The translations under genes were made by a program, and so were the position numbers. A stretch of 49,044 nucleotides of DNA from Donghicola sp. (lineage in GTDB: Bacteria > Pseudomonadota > Alphaproteobacteria > Rhodobacterales > Rhodobacteraceae), in contig CAXQKF010000339.1 in the NCBI GenBank assembly GCA_964224285.1, positions 1 to 49,044 of the forward strand, written 5' to 3'. Position 1 is the first letter of the stretch. Each line of letters starts with the position of its first letter. The notes beneath the pieces were generated by a model, which searched no databases, was not told the DNA's origin, and saw nothing but the letters and a program-made list of their open reading frames with translations. Shown here in pieces: positions 8,591 through 16,997 of the stretch.

Positions 8591-9107
8591 ACTGCTAATT
8601 CTCTTGTTGTTGATGTGACTTTCAGAAGTACTTAAGCAGTCTTATACATACGTAAATATAAAAGCGAGGGGCATTATCGAAAAATGTATTTTGCAACCTT
8701 AAGTATATATCTACCTTCGGCTGATGATCGTGGCTTTTTGCAAATCTGAGGCGAAGGTTCTTGCGACCAAGGCGGAAGAACGCCGCCGGATATGACAGTT
8801 TCAGCCTATCGAATTTGGGGTGTTTTCCGAGTTTGATCAGCCATTTGCCCTGATCACCCAAGCCCCGAGGCTACCGGCTATTTCCCGCGCAAGCAGGAAC
8901 CTGCCCAAAGCGCCGTGTCAGTTGAATTCAGCCTGACCGCGGACGTCACGTTCTTGTGTGCGTCTGTAAAACTTCGTTGCGCGGGGCTGGGGCAAGCCAC
9001 AAGCGCATACCTGATGATTCTCGAGGATGCCTCAGACAGAATTGACAGGAGTGAACATTCTATCGCAGCGTGACGACAGATCTCCGTTCGTCCCGAGGAT
9101 TCCGGTT

Positions 9108-9713
9108 ATGTCTGCCCGCAACCCTGCGCTACAGAACTTCCTGAATGCTGCCGAGGCCGCGTTCCGCACAAATGCGTCGGGCGAGGCGTCTCTGGATAGC
9201 ATCAGTCGATCCTTTTCCGCGCTTGAAGCGCCCCTGCATAGCCGTAGTCTGCCAGCCAAGCGGCTCGACGTTTGCGACCAGTGGTTAGAGCGCGCGCTAA
9301 TCCCGGAAACCTTGCCAAATGAACTGCGCGTTCTGGCCGAGGCGTTCTTGGCGATCGAGCCAATGATCCACTGGCGGCCACGGACCGGCGACACGCCGAA
9401 TGCCTCTGCAAATTTCGCGGAGGGGCACGCCAACGCTATGATTGTCGGCCCGGGGGGCATTGAACCCCGCACAGACGTCTGGCTCGGGGCGTCGCTTCTG
9501 GCGCCTCGGGTGCGTTACCCCGATCACACGCATCCGCCCGAAGAAACCTACCTCGTCATGACGTCAGGAGAGTTCAGTCAGGACGACGGGCCTTGGTTTG
9601 CGCCGGGAATTGGGGGGTCGTTCTATAATCGGCCGGGTATCCGACACGCGATGCGGTCGGGCGAGGCCCCGCTATTTGCATTCTGGTTACTACGAACAGA
9701 GGAGGCCGGATGA
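9108..9713 (+). CDS. DMSP-lyase-family cupin (DddQ/DddL-like fold; native substrate uncertain)
   Basis: Cupin motifs [25 protein letters not shown] and [21 protein letters not shown]. Probable start ATG 9108 (GAGG RBS); the ORF track starts at 9027. Confidence 0.85.
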   Translation: MSARNPALQNFLNAAEAAFRTNASGEASLDSISRSFSALEAPLHSRSLPAKRLDVCDQWLERALIPETLPNELRVLAEAFLAIEPMIHWRPRTGDTPNASANFAEGHANAMIVGPGGIEPRTDVWLGASLLAPRVRYPDHTHPPEETYLVMTSGEFSQDDGPWFAPGIGGSFYNRPGIRHAMRSGEAPLFAFWLLRTEEAG

Positions 9714-10741
9714 TGCGGTCCACCAAAACCATCCACGTCATTTCCGCCCATGCCGAAGGCGAAGTCGGTGATGTCATCGTTGGGGGCGTTCTGCCTCCGC
9801 CCGGTGCTACGATCTGGGAGCAGAGCCGCTGGATCGCCCAAGACGAAACGCTGCGGAATTTCATGCTGAACGAACCCCGTGGCGGTGTTTTTCGCCATGT
9901 GAACCTGCTTGTTCCGCCCAAGCACCCGGAGGCCCAAGCCGCCTGGATCATCATGGAGCCCGAAGACACCCCGCCTATGTCCGGCTCTAACTCGATCTGC
10001 GTGGCGACGGTGCTGCTGGATGGCGGTCTGATCCCGATCCAAGAACCTGAGACACACCTCGTGCTCGAAGCGCCGGGGGGGCTTGTTCGCGTGCGTGCGG
10101 AATGCCGCGATGGGAAGGCAGAGCGGATCTTTGTGCGGAACCTGCCATCGTTCGCCGCGCAGCTGGACGCCGTGCTGGAGGTCGAAGGACTGGGGTCGCT
10201 CACCGTCGATACAGCCTATGGCGGCGACAGTTTTGTGATTGTGGATGCGGCTGCGCTCGGCTTTGACATTGTCGAGGACGAAGCCCATCAGATCGCCAAA
10301 CTCGGGGTCCAGATCACGAATGCCGCGAACCAGCAGCTCGGTTTTCACCATCCGGAGAACCCTGATTGGCGGCATATCTCGTTCTGTCTGTTCGCCGGCC
10401 CCCTGAAAGAGGGCGAGAACGGGCTGGAAACCAGTGCAGCCGTCGCCATTCAACCGGGCAAAGTGGACCGGTCGCCAACGGGCACGGCATTGTCTGCGCG
10501 AATGGCGGTGCTTCATGCGCGGGGGATCATGGCTTCGGGTGACCGACTGACGGCGCGGTCGATCATTGGATCGACGTTCTCGGGGCAGATCGTCGGGGAA
10601 ACTCAGGTCGGAGACACGCCCGCCATTCTGCCGGAAATCTCGGGCCGCGGCTGGATCACCGGCATTCACCAACACATGCTGGACCCGAGCGACCCTTGGC
10701 CCCAAGGCTACCGCCTGTCCGATACATGGGGGGCACGCTGA
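9710..10741 (+). CDS. Proline racemase family protein, Ser/Thr type (probable trans-3-hydroxy-L-proline dehydratase)
   Basis: [20 protein letters not shown] (Ser replaces the first catalytic Cys), DRSPTGT (Thr replaces the second Cys); GGAGG RBS; overlaps the cupin stop. Confidence 0.88.
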   Translation: MMRSTKTIHVISAHAEGEVGDVIVGGVLPPPGATIWEQSRWIAQDETLRNFMLNEPRGGVFRHVNLLVPPKHPEAQAAWIIMEPEDTPPMSGSNSICVATVLLDGGLIPIQEPETHLVLEAPGGLVRVRAECRDGKAERIFVRNLPSFAAQLDAVLEVEGLGSLTVDTAYGGDSFVIVDAAALGFDIVEDEAHQIAKLGVQITNAANQQLGFHHPENPDWRHISFCLFAGPLKEGENGLETSAAVAIQPGKVDRSPTGTALSARMAVLHARGIMASGDRLTARSIIGSTFSGQIVGETQVGDTPAILPEISGRGWITGIHQHMLDPSDPWPQGYRLSDTWGAR

Positions 10742-11469
10742 TGCGGATCGGTGTTATCGGCCTTGGCACGATCGCGAGCGCCGTTGTCGAGGCGATCGCC
10801 GAAGACGGGCACTCTATTCTTGTGTCAGAGCGCAGCGCCAAGAACGCCGCGCGTTTGTCGGCGGACCACAGCAATGTGACCGTCGCGGCGAACCAAGCAG
10901 TCGTCGACGGCAGCGATGTGATTTTGCTGGGACTGACCGATGACGTCTATGCGGATGCGCTTGAGCCGCTGACTTTCCGCAAGGATCAAACCGTCATTTC
11001 GATGATGGGCACCCCCACCCGCGCCGAGGTTGCAGCTCGTGTTTCGCCAGCGCATGTTTCGGCACGGATGCTGCCCTATCCTTCTATCGTGAAGGGCGGA
11101 TCGCAGATCCTTGTGTGCGGGGAAACGGAATTGGTGCAGACGCTCTTTGGGGTGCGTAATTCCATCTTCCACGTTGCCAGCGAAGAGGAGCTATCGGCGT
11201 GGATTTGTGCCCAAGCGGTCCTGTCTCCGGCTGTGTTGATGGTCAAGGAGGCGGCCACGTGGCTCGGGGCCCAAGGCGCGGACCCCGCCATGGCGGAACA
11301 GTTCCTGCGCGAATTGGTCGGGTCGAGCTTGATGGCGGGGCCGTGTACGCCCTTGCTGCAGGCGCTTGATACGCCGGGCGGTTTCAATCAGCGCCTTCGC
11401 AATTCTATGGTGGATGACGGATTGATCGACAGCCTGCGCTCGGGTTTGGCCGCGATGACAGACAGCTAG
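10741..11469 (+). CDS. Divergent pyrroline-5-carboxylate reductase (ProC)-like NAD(P)-binding protein
   Basis: Rossmann GVIGLGTIA, NQAVVDGSDVILL, C-terminal TPGG motif; TGATG coupling with the upstream gene. Confidence 0.8.
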   Translation: MRIGVIGLGTIASAVVEAIAEDGHSILVSERSAKNAARLSADHSNVTVAANQAVVDGSDVILLGLTDDVYADALEPLTFRKDQTVISMMGTPTRAEVAARVSPAHVSARMLPYPSIVKGGSQILVCGETELVQTLFGVRNSIFHVASEEELSAWICAQAVLSPAVLMVKEAATWLGAQGADPAMAEQFLRELVGSSLMAGPCTPLLQALDTPGGFNQRLRNSMVDDGLIDSLRSGLAAMTDS

Positions 11470-11590
11470 TCTCTGCGGCGCCATAGAATGGTGATCTAGG
11501 CCCGTTTCATCACGCTCTTGAATCCTGCGCGGCGGAAGGATTCAGAAATTGAATTGGACGCCGGGAATCGCGGCGGGTCATAGTTTGACC

Positions 11591-11860
11591 ATGACCCAGC
11601 GCCCTTTTCCCCTTGTTCGACTGACCCGACGCGATCCAGCGCGGAACATGTCCCGCTTCTACGCTTTGTCGCTGGAACCCAATCTCTTTGGCGAAACGAC
11701 ATTTGTCCGGAACTGGGGGCGCATCGGGACATGTGGGCAATGCCGCCTGCAAACGTTCCGTGATCCGGCCGAAGCCACCAAGGTCTTTGAAGAGTGGAGA
11801 GTTCTAAAAACGCGGCGGGGTTATGCGGATGAGGACGGATGTTTCATGGATCACCGGTAA
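11591..11860 (+). CDS. Stand-alone WGR-domain protein
   Basis: RRDPARNMSRFYALSLEPNLFG...VRNWGRIGT...KTRRGY; ATG at 11591. Confidence 0.88.
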   Translation: MTQRPFPLVRLTRRDPARNMSRFYALSLEPNLFGETTFVRNWGRIGTCGQCRLQTFRDPAEATKVFEEWRVLKTRRGYADEDGCFMDHR

Positions 11861-11864
11861 GATG

Positions 11865-13160
11865 TCACGCCGCATCCCGCAGGACCAAGGCCCGCTGGCG
11901 TATCCCCCGTGACAGGCTCTCAGCCAGTGCTGTGGGGAAATCGTGGGGCAAGGCGGCCAATGTGCGGTCCAGTGCGCTGTCCCATCGGTTCAGGATGCTG
12001 GTCACGACCTCTTCGGCCAGTGCGACGCCGAACCCTGCGGATTTGGCGGCACTCGGGAAATGCCGCGGCACGACTTCGTTGATCCGGTAGTGCCCGTCGA
12101 TTGCCATGGCCAATCGCATCCGGTTCTGACGAATTTGTCCGTCATCGACGGCCTTTTGCGCACTCAGGATGTCATAGAGCGGGGTCATCCGGAACCCGCC
12201 GGGACGCAACGCGATGCTGAAGTTCTTGGCGTGCCCGTCCGTAGCCCCAATCAGCCAGAACACCACCTGAGCCTCGAAAAAGGCACGCTGATCGGCAGTC
12301 GGATCGTCACTGCCGGACAACAGTCCGATCCCGTCAGACACGCCCGGCCCGCCGTCCATCTGGTACTTCTGGCTGGGGGGCACACCGAGGGCCTGACAGA
12401 AATCCACTTGCGGTAGGCGCAAGAGACGCCTGTCCCGACTCCAGCGCCGGTCAAAGCGGGTGACGATCAGACTGCGGACATCCTGAAAATCCGCGATCTC
12501 GACCTCTGCGACGGGCAGGCCGATCTCCTGACAGAAGCGCATACAGAAAAACTCGTTCTCGACACTGTCGGACAGATCGATGCCTGCGGGCAATACCCCG
12601 AGTTGGGTCTTGAGAATATGGGTGGTGGGGGTCATGCCCGAGGGCCGAACCCATTCGCCGTTGTGGCGCAGAAGGGCGGTCTTTTCCTGTGCGCCTGCAA
12701 TGGAAATCCGAAAGCTGTCGTCTTCTTGCAGGCCAAGGGGGGCTGTTTCCAGATTGCGCAGAAGCTCCGCGATCTGGGCCTCGGTCAGCGGATCTCCGGT
12801 CAGGTCTGCCATCGGTGACGGGGTGTCGCTGGTGAACTGCAGCGCCCCGACGCAGTCGCGTCCGATCTTGGACAGCATGTGCCAGGCATCGGTCCCGCCA
12901 GCGCGGACCCGCGTCGCGACGCGTTCGCGGATCGCTTGGTTGTCGGGCAGGAGGTTCTCGAGATAGGCGATGACAGGGGCACCCTGATGGGCATCCTCCC
13001 GCAAGGGGAGGGACAACGAGATCGGCATCGCGTGTTCCCACGCCAGCCAATCGGGATCGTAGGCAAAGCTGATCGCCCCCGAACCGGCAAGCCGGAGCAT
13101 CCCCACAAGCCGCCCGTTCAAGCGCACCTGCATGGCGCCCCTTCGCACCCGCCGCGCCAT
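11865..13160 (-). CDS. hipA: Type II toxin, HipA-family Ser/Thr kinase
   Basis: N-terminal FAYDPDWL...PISLSLPL, NLLPDN, IGRDCVGALQF; kinase motifs ISIAGAQEKT, THILK, RFDR, DGHAKNFS, PLYD. Start ATG 13160 overlaps the hipB stop. Confidence 0.95.
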   Translation of the reverse strand: MARRVRRGAMQVRLNGRLVGMLRLAGSGAISFAYDPDWLAWEHAMPISLSLPLREDAHQGAPVIAYLENLLPDNQAIRERVATRVRAGGTDAWHMLSKIGRDCVGALQFTSDTPSPMADLTGDPLTEAQIAELLRNLETAPLGLQEDDSFRISIAGAQEKTALLRHNGEWVRPSGMTPTTHILKTQLGVLPAGIDLSDSVENEFFCMRFCQEIGLPVAEVEIADFQDVRSLIVTRFDRRWSRDRRLLRLPQVDFCQALGVPPSQKYQMDGGPGVSDGIGLLSGSDDPTADQRAFFEAQVVFWLIGATDGHAKNFSIALRPGGFRMTPLYDILSAQKAVDDGQIRQNRMRLAMAIDGHYRINEVVPRHFPSAAKSAGFGVALAEEVVTSILNRWDSALDRTLAALPHDFPTALAESLSRGIRQRALVLRDAA

Positions 13161-13405
13161 CAGAAGATATCCTCGATCTCGACCGAGCCACCCCGTTCGA
13201 CCAGCCGGAATTCCAGCCCGAGTGCGGCCATGACCGACAAGAGCGTGGCCAGTTTCGTGCCCGCATCGCCATTCTCGAGCGACGAGATCGTCGCCACGCG
13301 CAGGTTGGTCCGTGCGCTGATATCGCTTTGGGTCCAACCGCGCGCTTTGCGGGCGCGGCGGATGGCTTCGCCGATTTGTTCGGCAGTGCGGGCAGATAGG
13401 TCCAT
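13160..13405 (-). CDS. hipB: HipB-like XRE/HTH antitoxin
   Basis: IGEAIRRARKARGWTQSDIS...ATISSLENG; directly upstream of and coupled to hipA; GAGG RBS. Confidence 0.92.
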   Translation of the reverse strand: MDLSARTAEQIGEAIRRARKARGWTQSDISARTNLRVATISSLENGDAGTKLATLLSVMAALGLEFRLVERGGSVEIEDIF

Positions 13406-13417
13406 GACTCACCTCGA

Positions 13418-13489
13418 TTTACGGCCTAGCGTAAACCATTAAAAATTACGCCACAACGTAAAAATACGATTTATACGCTAGAGCGTAAA
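13418..13489. promoter_or_regulatory. Three palindromic operators (TACG-N6-CGTA) upstream of hipB
   Basis: TTTACG-GCCTAG-CGTAAA, ATTACG-CCACAA-CGTAAA, TATACG-CTAGAG-CGTAAA; TACG starts at 13420, 13447 and 13474 (exact 27-bp period). Confidence 0.8.
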
Positions 13490-13620
13490 TCATGACGCAT
13501 CCACAGGATTTTTTGTTAGCGCCAATACAGCAATCCCAAGCAGCCTGCCTATATGCGTAGGGAACGACAGATGTATCGCGCGACCTGCGCTGGAAAAGAC
13601 CGCCCATCAAGGAGCTTGGA

Positions 13621-14679
13621 ATGAACAGACGTACCCTTCTTCGGTCAGCGGCGGGTTTGCTGGGGGTGTCTGCGGTCGGGTGCACAACGACCGCCGCCGT
13701 CCGCAGCGGCAAGAACCGCTACTACGAAGGGCCTGTGTCCGATCACTTTGACGGGGTTCGGTTCTATAACCCCGATGGCAGCCCGCCCAAAGGGTTCCGC
13801 GATTTTCTCAAGTGGCGCAGGGGCGAGGCCCCTACGGAATGGCCAGAGAGCATCCCGATCGTGCCCGCGCGTCCCGATCAGCGGGTGGATGACCTGACCA
13901 TCACGATGGTTGGCCACGCGACGATGCTGATCCAGACGCAGGGGCTGAACATTCTGACCGACCCTTTGTGGTCGGAACGGGCCTCGCCCGTCTCTTTTGC
14001 GGGGCCGAAACGGGTCACGGCACCGGGCATTGAATTTGCGGACCTGCCGCCGATTGATCTGATCCTCCTGAGCCATTGTCATTACGATCACATGGATCTC
14101 GCGACACTGACCCGACTGAAGGGCGCGCATGATCCGCTGGTGATCACGCCTCTTGGCAATGACACCATCATCAAAAGCACAGGACTGCGGACCGAAGTGC
14201 TGGATTGGGGGCAGGCGACGACTTTCGGCCCGCTCGGAGTGCACTGTACCCCCTGTCACCATTGGGGCGCCCGGGGCGTGGGCGACCGCTCGATGGCGCT
14301 GTGGGGCACGTTTGTTCTGACCGGTGCGGCCGGGACTGTGGTCTTTATCGGGGACACTGGTTTTGATCGCGGGCGCCCCTATCGCGATCTGCATGGCCAG
14401 TTCGGCCCGATCCGTGCCGAACTTTTGCCCATCGGGGCCTATGATCCTCGTTGGTTCATGGCCGACCAGCACCAGAACCCCGAAGAGGCTGTGCAGGGGT
14501 TCCTGCTCTCCAAAGCGGCTTATGCGGTCGGGCATCACTGGGGCACGATCAAGCTCACCAACGAAGGGCGCAACGATCCTAAATTTGCACTCGAGCAGGC
14601 GCTGGGGCAGCACGGGATCGCACCAGAGCGTTTCCGCGCCCTCGAAGCAGGGGACGTCTGGAAAATCCCGAGGGGCTAG
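13621..14679 (+). CDS. MBL-fold metallo-hydrolase (RomA/NAPE-PLD-like), Tat-exported, possible lipoprotein
   Basis: NRRTLL Tat motif and AVGC lipobox-like; SDHFDG, ILTDP, LSHCHYDHMD (HxHxDH), GDTG, LPIGAY, HHWGT; AGGAG RBS. Confidence 0.88.
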   Translation: MNRRTLLRSAAGLLGVSAVGCTTTAAVRSGKNRYYEGPVSDHFDGVRFYNPDGSPPKGFRDFLKWRRGEAPTEWPESIPIVPARPDQRVDDLTITMVGHATMLIQTQGLNILTDPLWSERASPVSFAGPKRVTAPGIEFADLPPIDLILLSHCHYDHMDLATLTRLKGAHDPLVITPLGNDTIIKSTGLRTEVLDWGQATTFGPLGVHCTPCHHWGARGVGDRSMALWGTFVLTGAAGTVVFIGDTGFDRGRPYRDLHGQFGPIRAELLPIGAYDPRWFMADQHQNPEEAVQGFLLSKAAYAVGHHWGTIKLTNEGRNDPKFALEQALGQHGIAPERFRALEAGDVWKIPRG

Positions 14680-14777
14680 GGGCAAATAAACTCAAATTAC
14701 GCCGAACATACCGTCACGGCAGGAACCTGATGAAAGGCGACGAGTTTCAGGGTGGGGCCGGACAGCGATTTGAATAG

Positions 14778-14813
14778 AACCCTCCGCCGCTCGAAGAACA
14801 AGCGACGGAGGTT
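14778..14813. terminator. Hairpin between convergent MBL and CoA-transferase genes
   Basis: CCTCCGCCGCT...AGCGACGGAGG inverted repeat with one mismatch. Confidence 0.4.
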
Positions 14814-14851
14814 GGCCGAGGGTTAGGCGGCCTTGGGGAGTTGGTTTCGCG

Positions 14852-15994
14852 CTAGGGGCATTGCTCGAATTCCGCACGAATGGCTTCGGTGTGTTGTCCC
14901 AGCGCAGGAACGGGACCGAATTCGGGTGTCCGACCGTCCACCGTTGCACCTGGCGACAGGAGGCGAACGGGGCCGCTCGGGGTGTCGACCTCGACGTAGC
15001 GGTTCTGTGGATGGTGGGCCAAATCCTCGATTGTGCTGACCCGACCATTTGCGATGCCATGCTCATGAAGGCGTTTTGACAGCTCGTCTCTCGGGGATCG
15101 CGAAAAGACCTCTTGAATCAGTGTATCGAGTTCAACGCGGTTCTCGACACGCGCGGAATTGCTGCTGAACTTTACGTCCTCTGCAATTTCCGGAGTGCCC
15201 AGAACACCTGTGCAGAATTTTCCCCATTCGCGCTCGTTTTGGATGGACAGCAAAACGAGCTTCCCGTCAGACCCTGCGAAGGCGCCGTAGGGGGCAATCG
15301 TCGGGTGGCTTAGGCCATTTTTCGAGGCCTCTTTGCCGCCGTAAACAAACTGCAAATAGGGCACGTTCATCCAATCGGTCAAAGCGTGGAAAAGACTGAC
15401 CGAGATATGTCGCCCCTTGCCCGTGATGCCGCGCCCGATCAAGGCCTGCAACACAGCCTGATGGGCTGTCATCCCACACGCGATATCGCAGACTGACACG
15501 CCGACGCGGGCCGAACCGGCCTCGTTGCCGGTGATGCCAGATAGCCCGCTTTCGGCCTGAACCAGTAGATCATAGGCCTTTAGCTTGCTGTACGGCCCGC
15601 TGTCGCCGTAGCCGGAAATGGAGACCGTGATCAGCTTTGGGTTGGCGGCGCGCAGGTCATCAGGGGAATACCCCAGCCGCTCTATCGCGCCCGGGGCCAA
15701 GTTCTGGACAAAGACATCCGCCTTGGCGATCACGCTTTCAAAGACCTTGCGATCCTCATTTGCTCTCAGGTCTAGAACGACGGATTCCTTGCCTCGGTTG
15801 AGCCAGACAAAATACGCGCTTTCTCCGTGCACGAGGTGGTCATATTCACGGGCAAAGTCCCCTTCGGCCCTTTCGATCTTGATCACGCGCGCGCCCGCCT
15901 CTGCCAGACGGCCTGTCACATAAGGCGCTGCGACTGCCTGCTCGATCGAGACAACCAGCAGTCCCTCCAAATCTTTTGATGCTTCCTGTGCCAT
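14852..15994 (-). CDS. Family III (CaiB/BaiF) CoA-transferase, itaconate CoA-transferase (Ict)-like
   Basis: EQAVAAPY...AGARVIKIE...GDFAREYD...FVWLNRGKES, KAYDLLVQAESG, VGVSVCDIACG. Start ATG 15994 with GAAGGGA RBS. Confidence 0.9.
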   Translation of the reverse strand: MAQEASKDLEGLLVVSIEQAVAAPYVTGRLAEAGARVIKIERAEGDFAREYDHLVHGESAYFVWLNRGKESVVLDLRANEDRKVFESVIAKADVFVQNLAPGAIERLGYSPDDLRAANPKLITVSISGYGDSGPYSKLKAYDLLVQAESGLSGITGNEAGSARVGVSVCDIACGMTAHQAVLQALIGRGITGKGRHISVSLFHALTDWMNVPYLQFVYGGKEASKNGLSHPTIAPYGAFAGSDGKLVLLSIQNEREWGKFCTGVLGTPEIAEDVKFSSNSARVENRVELDTLIQEVFSRSPRDELSKRLHEHGIANGRVSTIEDLAHHPQNRYVEVDTPSGPVRLLSPGATVDGRTPEFGPVPALGQHTEAIRAEFEQCP

Positions 15995-16070
15995 CTGTGG
16001 TCCCTTCCGTTCGCCCACCATGTCTGCAATGCGCTAGGCCAAAGGGGAAATACACGCTGGGTTTGGCAGG

Positions 16071-16113
16071 TATTGGCGCTGCCTATAGGGTGATCATTAT
16101 TGATCCTGCCTAT
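16071..16113. promoter_or_regulatory. Two LysR-type boxes TATTG-N6-CCTAT in the divergent ict/ccl promoter
   Basis: TATTGGCGCTGCCTAT (16071-16086) and TATTGATCCTGCCTAT (16098-16113), 27 bp apart; same motif at three other island promoters. Confidence 0.7.
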
Positions 16114-16187
16114 AGGTGCCCTCAATCGAGTGTATTGGACAAAGCGGATGCCTCCTGATTGTCAGGTTCCATAGGGAGGTGGACCTG

Positions 16188-16997
16188 ATGATCTCGCAGA
16201 CTTTTCCAATTTTCCTGCCGGCAACCAAGTTGGAGCGGCTCGGCAAGGCAATGGCCTCTGGCGCGACGGCGGTGTTTCTAGATCTGGAAGACGCGGTCGA
16301 CCCCGCACAAAAGGTCGATGCGCGGGACGGTTTGGCCGCGGGTTTGCTTGATCTTGGGGATTTTCCGGTATTCCTGCGGATCAACAGTCAGGAAACGGCT
16401 TGGTACCGCGACGATCTGAATGTCTGCGCGTCCCTGCCGCTAGCGGGGATCGTCTTGCCCAAAGCAGAGCATGGATCGGCCTGCCAAGAGGTCGCTGAGG
16501 TTTCGGGCAAGCCGGTGATCGCGCTGATCGAGACGGCCCTTGGCATTGCCAATATTGCAGAGGTGGCCGTCGGGTCACAGCAACTCGCGTTTGGCTCGAT
16601 CGACTATGCATCGGATTTGGGGATCGCGCACGAGAGACACAGCCTGCAACATGCACGCAGCGTGATCGTCCATGCTGCCAGAGTTGCGGGACAAGCGGCA
16701 CCGTTGGATGGTGTCACGCCCGATGTGACGGATCCCGAACCGGTACGCAGCGATGCCCGATACGGGCGGGAGATGGGTTTTGGTGGTAAGCTGCTGATCC
16801 ACCCCGCGCAGGTTCAGGCTGCCAAACAAGGCTTTGCCCCGACCGATGCCGAGGTCGCTTGGGCCTCCCGCGTGCTGGAGGCAAGTCAGGGGAGCGGTGC
16901 CGCCGCCAAAGTGGACGGAGCGATGATAGATGCGCCGGTCATCAAACGGGCGCAGAGTATTCTAGCGAGACTTGGGGGGATAGATGTCTTTGATTGA
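16188..16997 (+). CDS. HpcH/HpaI aldolase/CitE-like CoA-ester lyase, citramalyl-CoA lyase (Ccl)-like
   Basis: FLDLEDAV, FLRIN, IVLPKAE, ALIETALG, AFGSIDY, GFGGKLLIHPAQV, DGAMIDAPV; ATG 16188 after GGGAGG. Confidence 0.9.
   Translation: MISQTFPIFLPATKLERLGKAMASGATAVFLDLEDAVDPAQKVDARDGLAAGLLDLGDFPVFLRINSQETAWYRDDLNVCASLPLAGIVLPKAEHGSACQEVAEVSGKPVIALIETALGIANIAEVAVGSQQLAFGSIDYASDLGIAHERHSLQHARSVIVHAARVAGQAAPLDGVTPDVTDPEPVRSDARYGREMGFGGKLLIHPAQVQAAKQGFAPTDAEVAWASRVLEASQGSGAAAKVDGAMIDAPVIKRAQSILARLGGIDVFD

Noticed and set aside
8750-8936. Possible decayed gene fragment (QFQPIEFGVFSEFDQPFALIT, faintly like a LysR C-terminus) and ORF 8622-8861
   Set aside because: Too short and interrupted by a stop; cannot be supported without a translated search.
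9108-9713. Naming the cupin dddL or dddQ
   Set aside because: It shares the cupin metal motifs but I cannot establish orthology by eye, and the context is proline-related rather than DMSP/acrylate-related.
9710-10741. True proline racemase or 4-hydroxyproline epimerase
   Set aside because: Both catalytic cysteines are replaced (MSGSN, DRSPTGT).
12395-12420. HipA RLPQVDF instead of the usual RLPQED, as a sign of inactivation
   Set aside because: Single substitution; the P-loop Ser, catalytic Lys, DGHAKN and YD motifs are intact.
11865-13412. 515-aa extended HipA (and other extended starts such as 16116, 22189, 23213, 27219, 36961, 44389)
   Set aside because: Extensions overlap neighbouring genes or promoters; downstream ATGs have RBSs or stop/start coupling.
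13418-13489. Regularly spaced repeats as a mini-CRISPR or iterons
   Set aside because: Only three short palindromes, no cas or rep gene; position fits HipB operators.
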